A program made the position numbers and the translations under genes. A DNA stretch of 64,000 nt, filler included, from Bigelowiella natans CCMP2755 (taxonomy: Eukaryota > Protista > Cercozoa): assembly GCA_000320545.1 (NCBI GenBank). It is 13 parts of 13 records of this genome, joined end to end, with 100 filler letters (N's around TTAATTAATTAA, not from the genome) between each part and the next. Parts side by side here need not be neighbours in the genome. Positions count along the whole stretch, not along the records: positions 30,432 to 46,272 come from ADNK01003349.1; positions 46,373 to 53,613 come from ADNK01001149.1; 11 more parts are not named here. One strand, written 5' to 3'. Shown one piece after another: positions 37,905 to 51,520 of this stretch (its first letter is position 1; every line of letters begins with the position of its first letter). The notes under the pieces are model-generated. The model was not told the origin of the DNA. It made no database searches and saw only the letters and a list, made by a program, of their open reading frames with translations.

Positions 37905-38560
37905 GCTGCATATATCGTAATTGTGGATCATAGGTTCTATATCTGCGTGTTAGAAGCTTGTACTTGCCTTGGGTATTATAACCTCACTCCGTCATGTAAA
38001 ACTCTGCATATACTTTTTGAGCATCGTTCGAAATCGTTACGACACACCTTGCTAACTTGCTATGGTTCGTCTCCTTTTTCTGACAAGCCTTGTAGGCAGC
38101 TTTTCGATGTTGTCGCTGATATGCGCTGTCATCTTCTGTTTTTCATTCTCTCTACTCTTTTTCAGGTTCTTCTTCTTCTTCTTCTTCTTCTTCTTCTTCT
38201 TCTATTTGCATCAGCTCAGCTGTCGCAGCGGTAGTTTTTGCTCACAATTTCCACATCATCCTTATTTCTTCATCTAGTAGGACGAGAAGACAGGCTACTC
38301 CTCTTCGATCTTCTCAATTTCGTATTGGTAGCGACAGTAGTAGCAGCAGCAGCAGCAGCAGCAGCGCTTTTCATCGTCATGTGATGGCGCCTAGATTTCT
38401 TCTTTGCCGACTGCTTCTCCTCTCCCTTTAAAGAATTTTTCTAAGAAATATTGATGGCAGACAATGATGAGGATGGTGATTATACAACATGCTGCTGCTT
38501 CAGCTAGGAACAACAACAACTATGGAGATTTGATGTTTGAAGAAGAAATACTGTTAGTAC

Positions 38561-38866
38561 CTCCACGTAGTAGGGTCGCTTGTTCTTCGTGTTTCTGATC
38601 TTGCTCTCGTTCTTCTTGGTGTCGTTATCATCTGCATCATCGCTATCACCATACTTTTTTATGTGCCCGCTTCTAACAAGCACAGGAACGTCCACCCACT
38701 CTTCAGACCCATCATCGTACTCGAAACAATATCTCCCCCTGATAGATAATAATGCCCACGATCATGATGATGGTGATGATGATGATGATCATGATGATGA
38801 TGGAATATCGCAACCACCAAGAACCCTTCTCCTCCCTACCCTCTCCTCCTCCTCCTCCTCCTTTTT

Positions 38867-38901
<35 letters not shown>

Positions 38902-39222
38902 GGTGCTGCTAGCATTGCTTGATAGGTACCTTCCTTCTGGATCTTCCATAGGGAGGCCTGTGCATATGGCCGGGTACCATTCGTTCGTATCCCCTTCCAC
39001 ATTCCAAAAGATGGTAAATTTCTCAAATAAATGGATTGCTGTTTCTTCTTGGTTCCCTTCTTCAGCAGCATGCTGGTTGTGATGATGGGATCTCTTATTA
39101 TTCCGCCTTCTCTTCCTTTGGTGGTGGTGCTGCTGCTTTGTAGGTGACAAGTCTCTGCCTTCTTTCATGACTTCTACAACTAAGGAGCGTTTCTTTCTCT
39201 GTTTCCCCTTCCTCTTCCTGTG

Positions 39223-39257
<35 letters not shown>

Positions 39258-40107
39258 TCTCTGTATCATTTGCTTCAAAGTTGTCTGTTTGCAGCTTGCT
39301 ACGACTACAATCAGCATTGGCAGATAGTAAAGCATGTTTTAAGAGGCGTCGCATTTCCTCTCTTCGAGATAGGTCGGTTATTCTGTTCTCAGCTCTTTCT
39401 GGTACGAGTCTATTGCAGATCACCTTCCACTTTTGTCGCCATGTCTTTGAGGGTCTTACTTTCTCGGATAAAGAGACAAGCCCGAGAGGAAGATGCTCTT
39501 TCCTGCTGCTGCTGCTGCTGCGGATGCTGTTGTGCATTGATGATGGAGGACGACGACGTGAAGAAGATGTAGATGATTTGCTGCCATTGTTCTTGCGCAA
39601 TAGTGCTGCTGTTGGCTGGCGTGGTGTTGCGACTTCTCTGACCCTAACTCGATTTATTCTTGTTGATGATGATGATGGTGATGATGATGTTTTCGTTGTT
39701 CTTAGCGATGACCGTCGTTGTGGTAACTGAACGGTTGGCTTGCAAGAGAGGCTCAGAACAGCAGGAATCACGTCTAAATCAGATTTTTGAAGGGTAATTG
39801 ATCCGGCAGCAGCAGCGTGCTGTGGTTCAAGATTATGATGGTGAGGAGGAGGAGGAGGAGGAAGAGGAGGAGGATCATGAGGGTAGCCTGCTTTCATCAG
39901 AGTTGCTGTCGATCTTTCTGGTGCTGCTGCAGCTGCTGCTTCTGCGTTTGGAGACCTCCCATTCGCTCTTGCCCTCGCTCCTACTACTTGTAGCGACGTT
40001 TTTGGTTTGACGGGAAAGATATTTGCACCACTGTTACTTGATGATGCTCCCCCCGCTGTAACATCTGGGTTGGACGATTTAATGGAGGATGATTGCGGTG
40101 TAATGAA

Positions 40108-40144
<37 letters not shown>

Positions 40145-41024
40145 TGAGGCGGAGAGCAGATAGACGACGTTGAGGATTTCTTATTATAGCTACTGAAGTG
40201 ATTGGAATAATGACGATACTGCTGGTTTAAGGGGGGGATAATAGGGGTAGGAGCGCCCAAGACGTTGAGGCCACTGTAGTTGGTTACTGATGGTAAACTG
40301 CTCAGTAGTTTTTTCGCGGCACCAAGGCTGGGTATGCTGGTGTATGTGGTTTTGAATGGATTTATTTGATAGTAGTGTGGAAGAAGGAATGCTGCGGAGG
40401 GATAAACAGGAGGTGGAAACGGCGACGGATAGGCGGCCCATGCTATAGGAATTGAGGCTGACAATCTATTCACAATACCTATCACCGCACATAGTACACA
40501 GATATTAATATGATGATCATATGTCTATCACATGTTCGCAAGAGAAGAATCATACCAGCTCGAATCCCCTGTGGCAGAACAACTGGGAGAATGGCCCCAC
40601 AATAATTGACTTTTATTGTATGACCCGGTTTTGCTCCTTCGGGGAGCTTAACGTCAAACGTGTGTACCATTGAGCTGCTCATTGTTGAGGATGATGCTGA
40701 TGCTGCTGCTGCTGCTGATGATGATGATGATGGACACTGATCGGGGTTGCGTTTCAAATTATATGTGCGTGATGTTGCTGCTCGCTTTTGTGGAAGTTGT
40801 GTGTTCGAATTGAACTGTTGGTGGTGCTTAGCACCCCCTTGTGGCGTCGTCGTGTTGATGGTGATGATGGGATCCATTGCTTCAGAATTAATCATAATCC
40901 CCGGATGCACAACCTCCTTTTCACTAACCGCCCTGTTACGATCAGCTACGCTTATACTAACAGTAGTAGTGGATGGATCTACTTTAGCAGCAGTAGTAGC
41001 AGCAGCAGCAGCAGCAGCAGCCAT
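38561..41024 (-). CDS. Large low-complexity protein with C-terminal Tudor-like domain
   Basis: Long ORFs 40482-41024 and 38836-40485. Spliced FTIFWNVEGDTNEWYPAICTG...|RYCFEYDDGSEEWVDV resembles a Tudor/chromo barrel. The N-terminal part has a VKLPEGAKPGHTIKV..VVLPQG motif. Both ends are uncertain. Confidence 0.55.
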
Positions 41025-41099
41025 GGAACCGACGTGTTCTACTTGCGACGTTTCGCAAATGTTGTTGCCGATGACGATGCCACAGCTGACGGATTAAGA

Positions 41100-41900
41100 A
41101 GAACCTTTGCTGTAATTGTCATTCACAGCTACAAGCTGTCATCAAGCTTTTTACCAACGGTTTGATAACCTTCTTCGTTACTCTACACAGTGTCCCCCTC
41201 GAATACCTAGCCAACACAATATTAATTCGGAAGCAGGCCCAACGCACTGCAAAAATATCTTTCCGGGAAAAGAGATTTGAATGTTTAGATCTTCAGGGAA
41301 ATTTTTATACCACTCCAAAACAAAGGATACACGATGTTCGGCTAGGAGAAGAAACGATACAAACACATATTTTTGCCCTCCGAACCAGTATTTCGGAATC
41401 ATACCGATGATGATGATGATGAAGATGCAGAGTTCTAGGAAGGAGGTACGCGTTAAATTGACTTTACAGAATCGACGACGCTTTGAAAACAAATATCTTC
41501 GGTCGGGGCTGAAAGGAACTTCCTTCCGGCTAGAAATATCCCATCATGATCGTACAGACGTCTTTTTTGTCGGCTAAGCCTGCCTTCTTATTGGCCATGG
41601 AGAAGGGGCGCCATTCTTTTTCATCCGAAAAATTAAATTGCTGAAATATCTCGTATATTCGCCTAAAACGCCTCCAAATACTTGGGAGTACTTCCCTCGA
41701 TGATGTACGAGCTCGTAGATCTAGTCACTAAATAACTCGGAACAATGAAGGAAATCACAAATGGCTACCAGCACAACATTAACAACAACTGTGATGTGAG
41801 GTATTGTTTGTCGCAGAGCGTTATTCCCCAATGATTCTTGTCTACGACATGGACCAGAAAGCTGCTACTTATACAGTAATTACTCTGAGCTCCATTCAAG
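41100..41900. promoter_or_regulatory. Putative bidirectional promoter region
   Basis: Nearly microsatellite-free region with A/T tracts between divergently oriented genes. Confidence 0.35.
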
Positions 41901-41929
41901 CCCTGCTCCAGCAAGAGGGCCGACACATA

Positions 41930-43333
41930 ATGGGGAAGAAGGCGCTCAAACCTGCACCAGCTGCCTTGGCTGTAGTGTACGATCCTGCAGTACTTTTTGG
42001 GATTCTTACTTTCTGCAAGCTGGCAATGCACAATGTGTTCCTAGTTCATAATTGCATTGTGTTTCTTCGATGCTACAAGATCGGGCAGGTCAGTCAGTCC
42101 TCCTCAGCGTTACTTGTAAAGGAAAGATTTTGTAGACATTTCATATTTTTAATGCTATCAGGGATGGTTCTACTGGAGTCAATTAGTTTTTATGATTTGG
42201 AACTCAATAAACGATCCCTTATTCGGATGGATATCAGGTGCTATTCTATACATAAATGCTGATCGATCATGGGCACAACATGCGCCTATCTAATTCGCTT
42301 TCTACTCCTTTAGATAAGCACAACATTGTAGCTCGAGATGGAAGTAGCTCATCATCTCAAAGCACAACAAATATGAGGGAGAAAAGAGTTCGGACACTTT
42401 CAAGGGCAGGTTATTTATTATCATTACGACTGTCAATATAGGGAGAGAATCGAATCATCAATTTTTACCACGAATCAGGTGTTTTCTTGGCAATCACCTT
42501 TGGATTTTTCTGGATGAAGTTACCATATCCAGGAATTCAGTAAATATTGAACCTTAAGCACTATCTAAAATATTTTGAAACTTACTCCCCCCCCCCCCCC
42601 TGTGGTGTAGGTTCCTTATTTCTCTGTGCGTGTACGACACCTTCTTAACCCTTGTGGATCTCCATCTACATGCAATGCTTGGTAAGTTCAACTATATCAG
42701 ATAATATGATATCTTTTATGCCTAGTTGGATTTCTATGTTTTCGGCTTGCAGCGATTTATCATTAATTATAAGGGGCGGGCTAACACTCTCTTTTGTAAT
42801 TCAGTTGAGTACACAATTTCGTCACGAAATCGAGCACGGTTTTCCTTGTACGCTTCAATCTTCAGCATGGCAGCATCTGGATCTGTAGGGGTGTCGCACG
42901 TACTTTACTCACAAGGGACCTCCTCCTCATACAATGGAGATCATCCGCTAACACTGTTTCGAGTTTACTGTGCCGGACTAGCAATCTTCTGTGGTAAATA
43001 TATTCACCTGACAAATGAATTTATATCGTTGTATTGTGGTAAATATTCACACCTGACAAATGAATTATATCGTTGTATTGTTATCATCTTATTATTACTT
43101 TTATTTCCATTATCTGTTAGGGTTCGGTTTCTATTTCGCCACAAAGATGCTGCAAAAACTAGGAAGAAATAAACAGCCAGGATATCATCATCATCATCAC
43201 CATCTTAAGAATATGTCTCTCCTCGGATCTAATAATTCTCCCATCTCACCCCCCTCCAATAAAAATCAAAACCAACTTCAGTTATCCCTCAAAAAGAAAA
43301 CTAGTACAAAAACGGAGTCGTCATCTTCTTCTT

Positions 43334-43364
<31 letters not shown>

Positions 43365-44078
43365 CTCCTCTTCTTCTCCGGATGTGATCGTTGCTGCAAC
43401 TGAAAAACGATCACAAAATAAGAAATCGGCGCCGCAAACTTCATTCCGAGACTTCATTACCGTTATTTCAAAGGTAAAGGCAAAATGTCTCTTATATATT
43501 TATACTGTCAAGATAGAGATGTCCCTGAAACTATGACCCACCTTGCCATTCGAGTGTTTATTTATAGTTCTGCGGATATTCTAATAAAATTAATAAACAA
43601 TAACGTCTTTCTGATAGAATCCTAACTTCCGCTGGATGAACATCGTAAATGGTAAGTACCAACGGTGTAGCAGTTTGTATTAGAAAAGAAGACACCGAAT
43701 ATCAAGGAGAAAGAAGGAGATGAAAAACATGATTTTGGGTATATTTGAGTTTGAGGTCGGACATAAGAGACAACTACATCATAGTTCTGCTGCTCACATC
43801 GAAGGAAATTTTGTCTTGATGGCGGAGCAAAAGACCAAAACATAATCGATTCATGATATTGATGATTACGAGAACAACGACGTTGACAATGATATCTGTA
43901 ATGGCTATTGTTGTTCATTAGTTCTCCAATGCTTTCACTGCCACTTCAATTCCAGGTTGGATGGTGTGTATTTGCGTGTGTGTGTAAGGAGGTGATTGGC
44001 CATCATAGTAACAGCAGCAGTAGTAGTACCACTACTTACAACTTCAATACCTGATGCTGCCTTTTACTGCTATTATTG

Positions 44079-44112
<34 letters not shown>

Positions 44113-44988
44113 AACTACTACTACTACCACTGCTTTTTCGTTGTCATCGTTTGTTGTGGCCGTCCGTGATCAGTATGTTCCCAGTGTTCATAGCATTGCT
44201 TCTGGGCGACAAAATCTCGAAGTATGTATTATTTCTAGTCGTGTATTAGTTATAATAGTAGTAGTGTAGTTTGTGTAGGACGAGTAGATTTGCATGGGTT
44301 ATTATTGTATCACCACCGCCACCACCACCACCACCAGAATTAGCAGCAGATATGTATGCATGCTATTTGAAGGCGATGATGATGATAACGACGATGGTAA
44401 ACAGAGCTAGGAACAGTAAGATTATTGGGAAGAGGAGGTGTTGAAGCGGTGATGCAGGAATCATTACTTTAATTTGGATTATTATTCATTCTCTCAGAGA
44501 TGATTGTATGTGTGCTGATCATCAGCATTCTGGCTTATTGCCCTGACACGGCTCCTTATCTCTACCCAACAATTCCCTCTTTACTTTTATGATTATTATC
44601 ATTATTTTAGGTTTTGGACCTGCATCCTTGTGATGTTATCTTTCCTCATGCCGCACATCAACAATTGGCTACTTTTGCAGGTGTGTGATTCATTACTAGA
44701 ATTAAGGAAGAAAACTAGTAAAATTAGTTGTTTTGCTATAGGAAATAGAGTATAGACGCTACTCTCTGTTAGCATCATGTTGTCGCTTATACTACTACTA
44801 TCATCACCCCAATAATGAATATAGAATGCTTGTCTTTGATTCTAATATCATCGTCATCATCATCAAGTGGGTACCTATATTCGGATTGCACAAGATCATT
44901 CTTGTATTGCTACTCCTCAAGTTAACATCCTCCGCGATTATGCTATGGGTAAAAAATAGTAATGGTAGTGTAAAGCTACTACACTGAT

Positions 44989-45019
<31 letters not shown>

Positions 45020-45407
45020 CCGAGTCAATACCTCGATAACTACTTCTTACATGCACGAGTAATATGGCGTGTGAATGCAACTTAATAGTTTTGGCTTTGT
45101 AAATGCATTTTTTGTGTTTTGCACTATTTCTGGCAGCTTGGAGAAAACTTCACGTATTGTGTGGCGGGATTTTTAGCTCTTAATCGCATATATACAGAAG
45201 GTGGCAGATAAGATCCTAATGCGACTGTGATCCAAATCAACAATATACGAACTTGTGTTGGGGTACTGAAATACTGTATGCGTGGTGATACAGGAGTGTG
45301 TAAGCTGATAGATTTATCGATAAGTGACCTGGCTGATGAGGACTTCGTATTGAACAAAAGGTTAGTACTTTCAACCTCCATTTTCTTGTAGCTTTACGAT
45401 TCAAACA

Positions 45408-45442
<35 letters not shown>

Positions 45443-46272
45443 ATTGCATGTTATCATCATAAGGAGGCATCCTATTCCGGCTCTTATCTATGGCGCCTTT
45501 GCGCTTCTGTCTCGAGTTTCTCAGTCTCTTGCTCCAAGTAGTAACTTAATCATAGTAACGATATGGATGAGAAGTAAAGATGATGGTTGTCTATAGAACC
45601 AACCAAGTAGCAAATTGTAGTAGACATTTTCGTGGTGGTGGCGGGTAATAAACCGTGTGTCTTTAGCGGAAAGTTTTTTAACATTTTAATCCATTTCCAA
45701 GAGACATTTTTAGTTATCCTTCAGTAGGTGTCATCATCGATGTATTGTCGCTGTCTCATGTTTAAATGATTTGATGATTGATCGTCCCTGTTTGAATGAT
45801 TTGATTGTTGTTGAACCATCAACAAGTGTTCGGATTTTGGGTGCTGGAGAGGTTTGGCAATTCTACTTTTCGGTCCTCCTCCTCCTCCTCGTCGTCTTCT
45901 ACATCCTCCTCCTCACTTGCATCTAACATCATCGACGAGACAGTGGCGAAAGCAGTATCACTATCAGCTAGAGTAGTTAATAGCTCAGTGCTATACAGCA
46001 GTAGCAGCAGCACAACAGAAGGTGGTTCTTCTCCTCACTCTAACGAATTAGAAGAGTGGATGATGATGTTTCAGACTGGGGGTACCGACAGTAGTAGTGG
46101 TGGTAGTAGGAGTAGTAGTAGCAGCAGCTTTAGTGACAGCAATGACGAGGTAACGGCTGCTATGGTGAGAGCAGGTATTTGCATTGGTAATAGTAGGAGT
46201 AGTAATTGTACGAGTACTATGAAGTTTCCAATTTTTGAAAGTTTATCCCCCCCCCCTCCCCTCCCCCCCTCC
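41930..46272 (+). CDS. MFSD13A: MFSD13A/TMEM180-like MFS transporter, multi-exon, 3' partial
   Basis: Spliced motifs MHNVFL, VFMIWNSINDPLFGWIS, SLCVYDTFLTLVDLH, QCFHCHFNS, FLMPHINNW, NRIYTE|GVCKLIDLSISDLADEDFVLNKR and SQSLAP are characteristic of TMEM180. Confidence 0.85.
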
Positions 46273-46372
46273 NNNNNNNNNNNNNNNNNNNNNNNNNNNN
46301 NNNNNNNNNNNNNNNNTTAATTAATTAANNNNNNNNNNNNNNNNNNNNNNNNNNNNNNNNNNNNNNNNNNNN
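46273..46372. other. Artificial contig spacer
   Basis: N44-TTAATTAATTAA-N44. Confidence 0.97.
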
Positions 46373-46389
46373 CCCTCCCCCCCACACCC

Positions 46390-46492
46390 CAAGGGTATCA
46401 CCGGGGTTGAAGCCCCACGTCGGAAATTAGGGGTCTGCGCGTCTTTTGATTATCTGGTAGGTTGTAATTTATGCGAATATTATATTTACATA

Positions 46493-46535
<43 letters not shown>

Positions 46536-46726
46536 CTTATATCACATTCTCTTTACAAATTTGACAAAAATGGATTGTACATATATCCCATAAATAACCC
46601 CCTCCTCTCCCCCCCCCTTCCAACAACTACTGCGACTTACCGGCATCATAAGATTGAGGAGGAGGAAGTGCGACAGGTGATTCACTTGCATTGACCTCTC
46701 ATATCCCTGAGAAATTCACCGAATAT

Positions 46727-46763
<37 letters not shown>

Positions 46764-48513
46764 TCTTATATTGATTGCTTTACCTCGTCGGTGTACTGGG
46801 CTTCTGGGCTCGCCGGAAGGTACAACGCAGCATTGCACACAAGGACATCGGGCTGCGAAGACGGATTATAAGCAAAGATGGGAAACATAAGGACGAGCGA
46901 GGTGGGGAGGACGGTTTTGTGGTTTTGTATGGCGGCGAGAACACAATAAACGAGCGTCGTCTTTAGGCGCGTGCACGCGCGTTTATGTTATGGATTTGAG
47001 GTTGAAGTTGAATGATTGACAATAATCAATCGATTCATATAATTGCATTCATTATCACCACCACCACCACCATCATCATCATCCGTAGCGCCAAACTCAA
47101 AATCCAGCAAGAATACAACACAACCTGACGTCCGTTTTGCATCCTCTTAGCAAACCTACGAACGCTCTCGAAAGATTCCAGCTCGAGCTGCGAAAAATAC
47201 ACGATTTGTTATGTATCAGCACAACCATCATATCAAAGAAAGAAGAAGAAGAAGAAATTGGGGGATTATTGGGGGAGGGGCTATTAGTTGGGGTCGTCAA
47301 TATAGTCTACTATCCCGATGGTACAACTTCTGTCCTCTAGCGATTCGAATAGCCCTCCTCTTCCCCCTGACCCCCCCTTATTTCTTCTTCTTCTTTTTCG
47401 GATCAGTCGGCTCATCGATATTTGTGCATTTGCCATACATTTATGTGTTTATGTCATTGTGGCCTCCTCCTCCTCCTTTTTTCGCACGGATAATAATAAT
47501 ACACCGACCTCTTCGATGGTGTAGCTGTCTTCTGGGAACTCAAACGCCTTTGCAACAGCTTCCGCCTTCTCGGGGTCTCTCACAGCCATAATCACGTGCC
47601 AGTCCCCAGACTAGTAACAAGTGTAAAGTTGGGAAAGGGAGGAAAGATAGGGGGGGGGGGGGGGAGGGGCGCCAGACGAACGTAAGACATCTTATGAGCG
47701 TTTTGGGATGATATTGAAATAGCCCTCATAATGCCAATCTCCATCTAGCGAATAATAGGCGCCAAAAAGCAACATTGCGTATTATTATTATTATTATTAC
47801 GTCTAAGAGTTCCCTCGTAGCGGAGAGGCCGAGACCGGAGGAGGCACCGGTGATGATGACCGTCTTTTTGTTGTCCCCAATCATGCCACCCGCACTCATG
47901 GACTTCGCAAAGCTGTCTTGAAATCCTTTGATAGCGTCCATAAACGGGTTCCCCTCGGCTTGTATGAAGGTCGTTCTGCCAATGCGGGCCTCACGAGTAG
48001 GGGGGGGGGATGCAGCAGAATCCATCCTACGTGTTACATAGTTTCAGCAAAATTTCAGCGGGGGGGCTCGAAAATGAATCAGGGGGTGGTAGACAGCCAA
48101 CCGATAGGGGCCGGGGGGGAGGGGGGGGGAAAGAAATAAGAGAATTGGTGCGAGAGAGAGCCGCAGTATACTTGTGCAGGAGAAAGGTATAGGCGTAGTC
48201 GTAATAACAGTGTTGGAAATAAACAGAAGGGGGAAGGCCTTATTAATCAATATTGGAGGTGATTCAGCGGAAATAAACGATAAATTGCGGTGCTGTGGGG
48301 AGAGCAGCTGCACGTGTGTGGCGAGAGCAATCTTAGCGTATACCAAGCCATGCTAGTCGTCTTTGGGGTTGGACGAAGATGTGTTCCGATTCGACTATTT
48401 CTCATCATACGACTTTGCGAGAGGCGTGTCATCACTGGCGAGCGCGCGGAGGAAACGGTGCGACCCTCCACCGCCGCGGAGAGCACAGCTAGAGCGAAGG
48501 CCACGTAGATCAT
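46390..48513 (-). CDS. POR: Light-dependent protochlorophyllide oxidoreductase (SDR) with bipartite plastid leader, 3' partial
   Basis: KTVIITGASSGLGL|SGDWHVIMAVRDPEKAE|LELESFESVRRF|PDVLVCNAALYLP|GYERSMQVNHLSHFLL. The leader reads MIYVAFALAVLSAAVEG-RTVSSARSPVMTRLSQSRMMRNSR. The junction between leader and mature exon was not resolved. Confidence 0.85.
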
Positions 48514-48599
48514 CTGCATGCACACACAGACAGTCAATAGAAGCACGCATGTTACAGATAAGAGACAATGGTCAGCCAAAAATATCAATATTCTCATTG

Positions 48600-49460
48600 T
48601 GATAGTACAAAACTAACGCCCTGCCTCCCTCCCTTAGCCAAAAGAAAGGTGTATAGGAGGAGGGGCAGGGAACCCTGAGATACGAGATGTGTTTGGTCCC
48701 GTTGCAAGAAATCGCTTCAGAAGCAGTTTTAGAATTAAAATGCCCTGCATTTTGGATATCCGGCACGCTATCCAGGAGTACCCCACCAGGCATTCCCCAG
48801 CACAGGAAAGGGAGAAAAGTTTTGAAGAATCATAAAACACAATGCTAAAACATAAACTTTACTTAAAATTTAAGGTCGTAGAGTAAAAATGAAATGACGG
48901 GATTAATTTCTCAATTGGTTTCCGTAAAGACCGAGAAGGGCGGATATTCGCTACATCAACGACTTGGGTGTCCCCTTGTCGTATCTTACTTTCACGCAGA
49001 ACACCAAATCAAAATAAACCCAAAAGAGCATGCAAGAAAAATATGGCCAAAAACGATTGTCGTAGATTAGCAACAGGTTAGATTTTTATTTGCGACAAGA
49101 AACATATGAGAAAACACAGCCAAATGGGAAACGTTGTCTTAACTTAGAGAAACCTCGGAATCGATATGTAACGACTGATGTGATGGTTGAATACTAAATT
49201 TATTTGCGGGGAAATCTGCAGTTCGTAAATGAAATGTAGAGCGACTTGAAATATTTGTTGTCGTACATATACAATACCATTATTATCTATAAACTCCGGG
49301 CCTACAAGAATGGCTCCCCGACCGGAATGAGTTCCTGATACGGGCTTCGCCGACGTGAGTTTCTTTGAACGCGCAGACCCATGGCATTATCCCTTTTGAG
49401 AAAACACTGTAGTTTTTGTACCATGTGTCGAAATTTCATTTATTGTGCTATCTTCTCTCA
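48600..49460. promoter_or_regulatory. Putative bidirectional promoter region (POR / MATE)
   Basis: Microsatellite-free, A-tract-rich spacer between head-to-head genes. Confidence 0.4.
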
Positions 49461-49467
49461 GCTTCGA

Positions 49468-50302
49468 ATGGCAGATCGCCTTGAAAGCAAAAGCAGCGGG
49501 CCTCCTCCCGCTGCAGAGCGAGGGCAAAAAGGAGCAGCACACGAGGGATCTTCATTGCCTGATTCGTGTGAAATGAGTAGTCAGAGTGAGAAAAGCAAAC
49601 ACCTTCCTCCAGATCTGGGAGTGGAGGGAAGCATTGATGATTCGGAGGAGAAGTTTGGTGGGGGGCTGCTCTGCGAGGGGAGGAGGCTTTGGACAATCAG
49701 CTTTCCTATGTATGTACGCATTTGTGTATGTCACCAATAATGTGTAAGTCGTGAAGTAATGGTAGATGTCAAAAACTTAAAAGCCCCCACCCACAGCGGT
49801 CTGCCAGCAGCTTTTAGACGATTCGAAGGAATGTTTCGTTTCTCCAATAGACTTCCATCCTTATGATCTCTTGATGTCTATGGGCAGGGTTCTCGCATCA
49901 ACGTCTATTTATATAATGGGCCTCTCTTCATTAGTGATCTTGGGCACGGTGATGATAAATGCATATTGCCGTGCAATATGTAGAGTGGAAAAAGTAGAAA
50001 AAGGAGACTCAATTAAAACTAACATGGCCCCCTCCCCCCTCCACCCCCCTCTATTACACACTCGCAAATCCACATGTACGCACCTAGTAGCACGCGAGAC
50101 GCACGGTTAGGCGTTATGAAACTATATATATTATTCTTCGCTAATATTATGCGTTTCAAGACTGTACGGTTCTCTCTTCTTTTCTTACACTCTACCACCA
50201 CGTCATCATCGTCATCAGTTTGCAGGACCAAGCGATCTCGCAGCTGCTTCCATGGGAACGGTACTGCCGTAGTGCTATGTGCTTGTTTAATCACAATATC
50301 AA

Positions 50303-50345
<43 letters not shown>

Positions 50346-50698
50346 GACACACACAGACAGACAGACACAAGCAACACATGTAAGTGCATTTTGCGTGCGA
50401 CAATAACACTGACTGTGCGTTTGTGAGTAGGTGTACTCAAACGTGTGCGGGTGCAGCCTCCTGTGGGGCCTTTCTGAGGCAATAGACACGCTCTGCTCAC
50501 AAGCATACGGAGCGAAGCAGTAAGTCTCAGCACACGCATCACCATCATCCTCAAATTAGGAGAATAAATACTAATTAATTAGAACAATGTGTAAAAACTC
50601 TATGTTAATTTGACGGGGTGAAACGATAAATGCATTTAATACAGAGAATATGCGTGTAGCTCGTTTTAAAGAGGCTTTATGGCCTTTTAACACACACA

Positions 50699-50734
<36 letters not shown>

Positions 50735-50992
50735 CTAACTCTCTCTCGCAAACACTGAGAACATATTCCCCCGTTATTACAACACCAAACGTCATTGCAT
50801 GCAGATATCGGTTGATGGGCATTTTCCTTCAAAGAGGTACTTGCACTGCGTACATGCTAGTGACTTGTTAGCAGCATGCTGCGCCTCGCCTTGAGCGAGG
50901 AAAGGGAGGGGGAAGGGGCACAGAAACGACATATGGCATGAATACACACACAAAGAGAGTGAGCGAGAGAGAAGGAGTAGGAGAGTGGAGAA

Positions 50993-51049
<57 letters not shown>

Positions 51050-51484
51050 ATACGTATGTGTGTGTGTGTAAATTGATGTGTGCTTAATGATCGTTAGGAG
51101 TGGTGATTCTGTGTCTCGCGTCGACGCTTGCATCAGTGGCCTTTTACTTCACCGAAACCGTCCTCTTGGCGCTAGGGCAGAACCCCGAGCTAAGCAAGAA
51201 TGCTGCAGGGTGATGATTTATGATGATGATGATAATGATTTATGATGATGATGACGATGATTATGAGAGAATCGACTCGTATTCGTAATGTTGTGATTAT
51301 ATTATCCGGATTGCTGATTGATTGAATACACGGTATTTGATCAGATTCGTCCAGTATCAAATCCCTGGAATCTACAGCTATGCGGTATGTATGGCCTTTC
51401 AACGGTTTCTCTCTGCACAGGTAGTACCTTGCTGCCACGCTGCGTAAACGGCCACGTAGAAGATCTACCTTAATTATATATATA

Positions 51485-51520
<36 letters not shown>

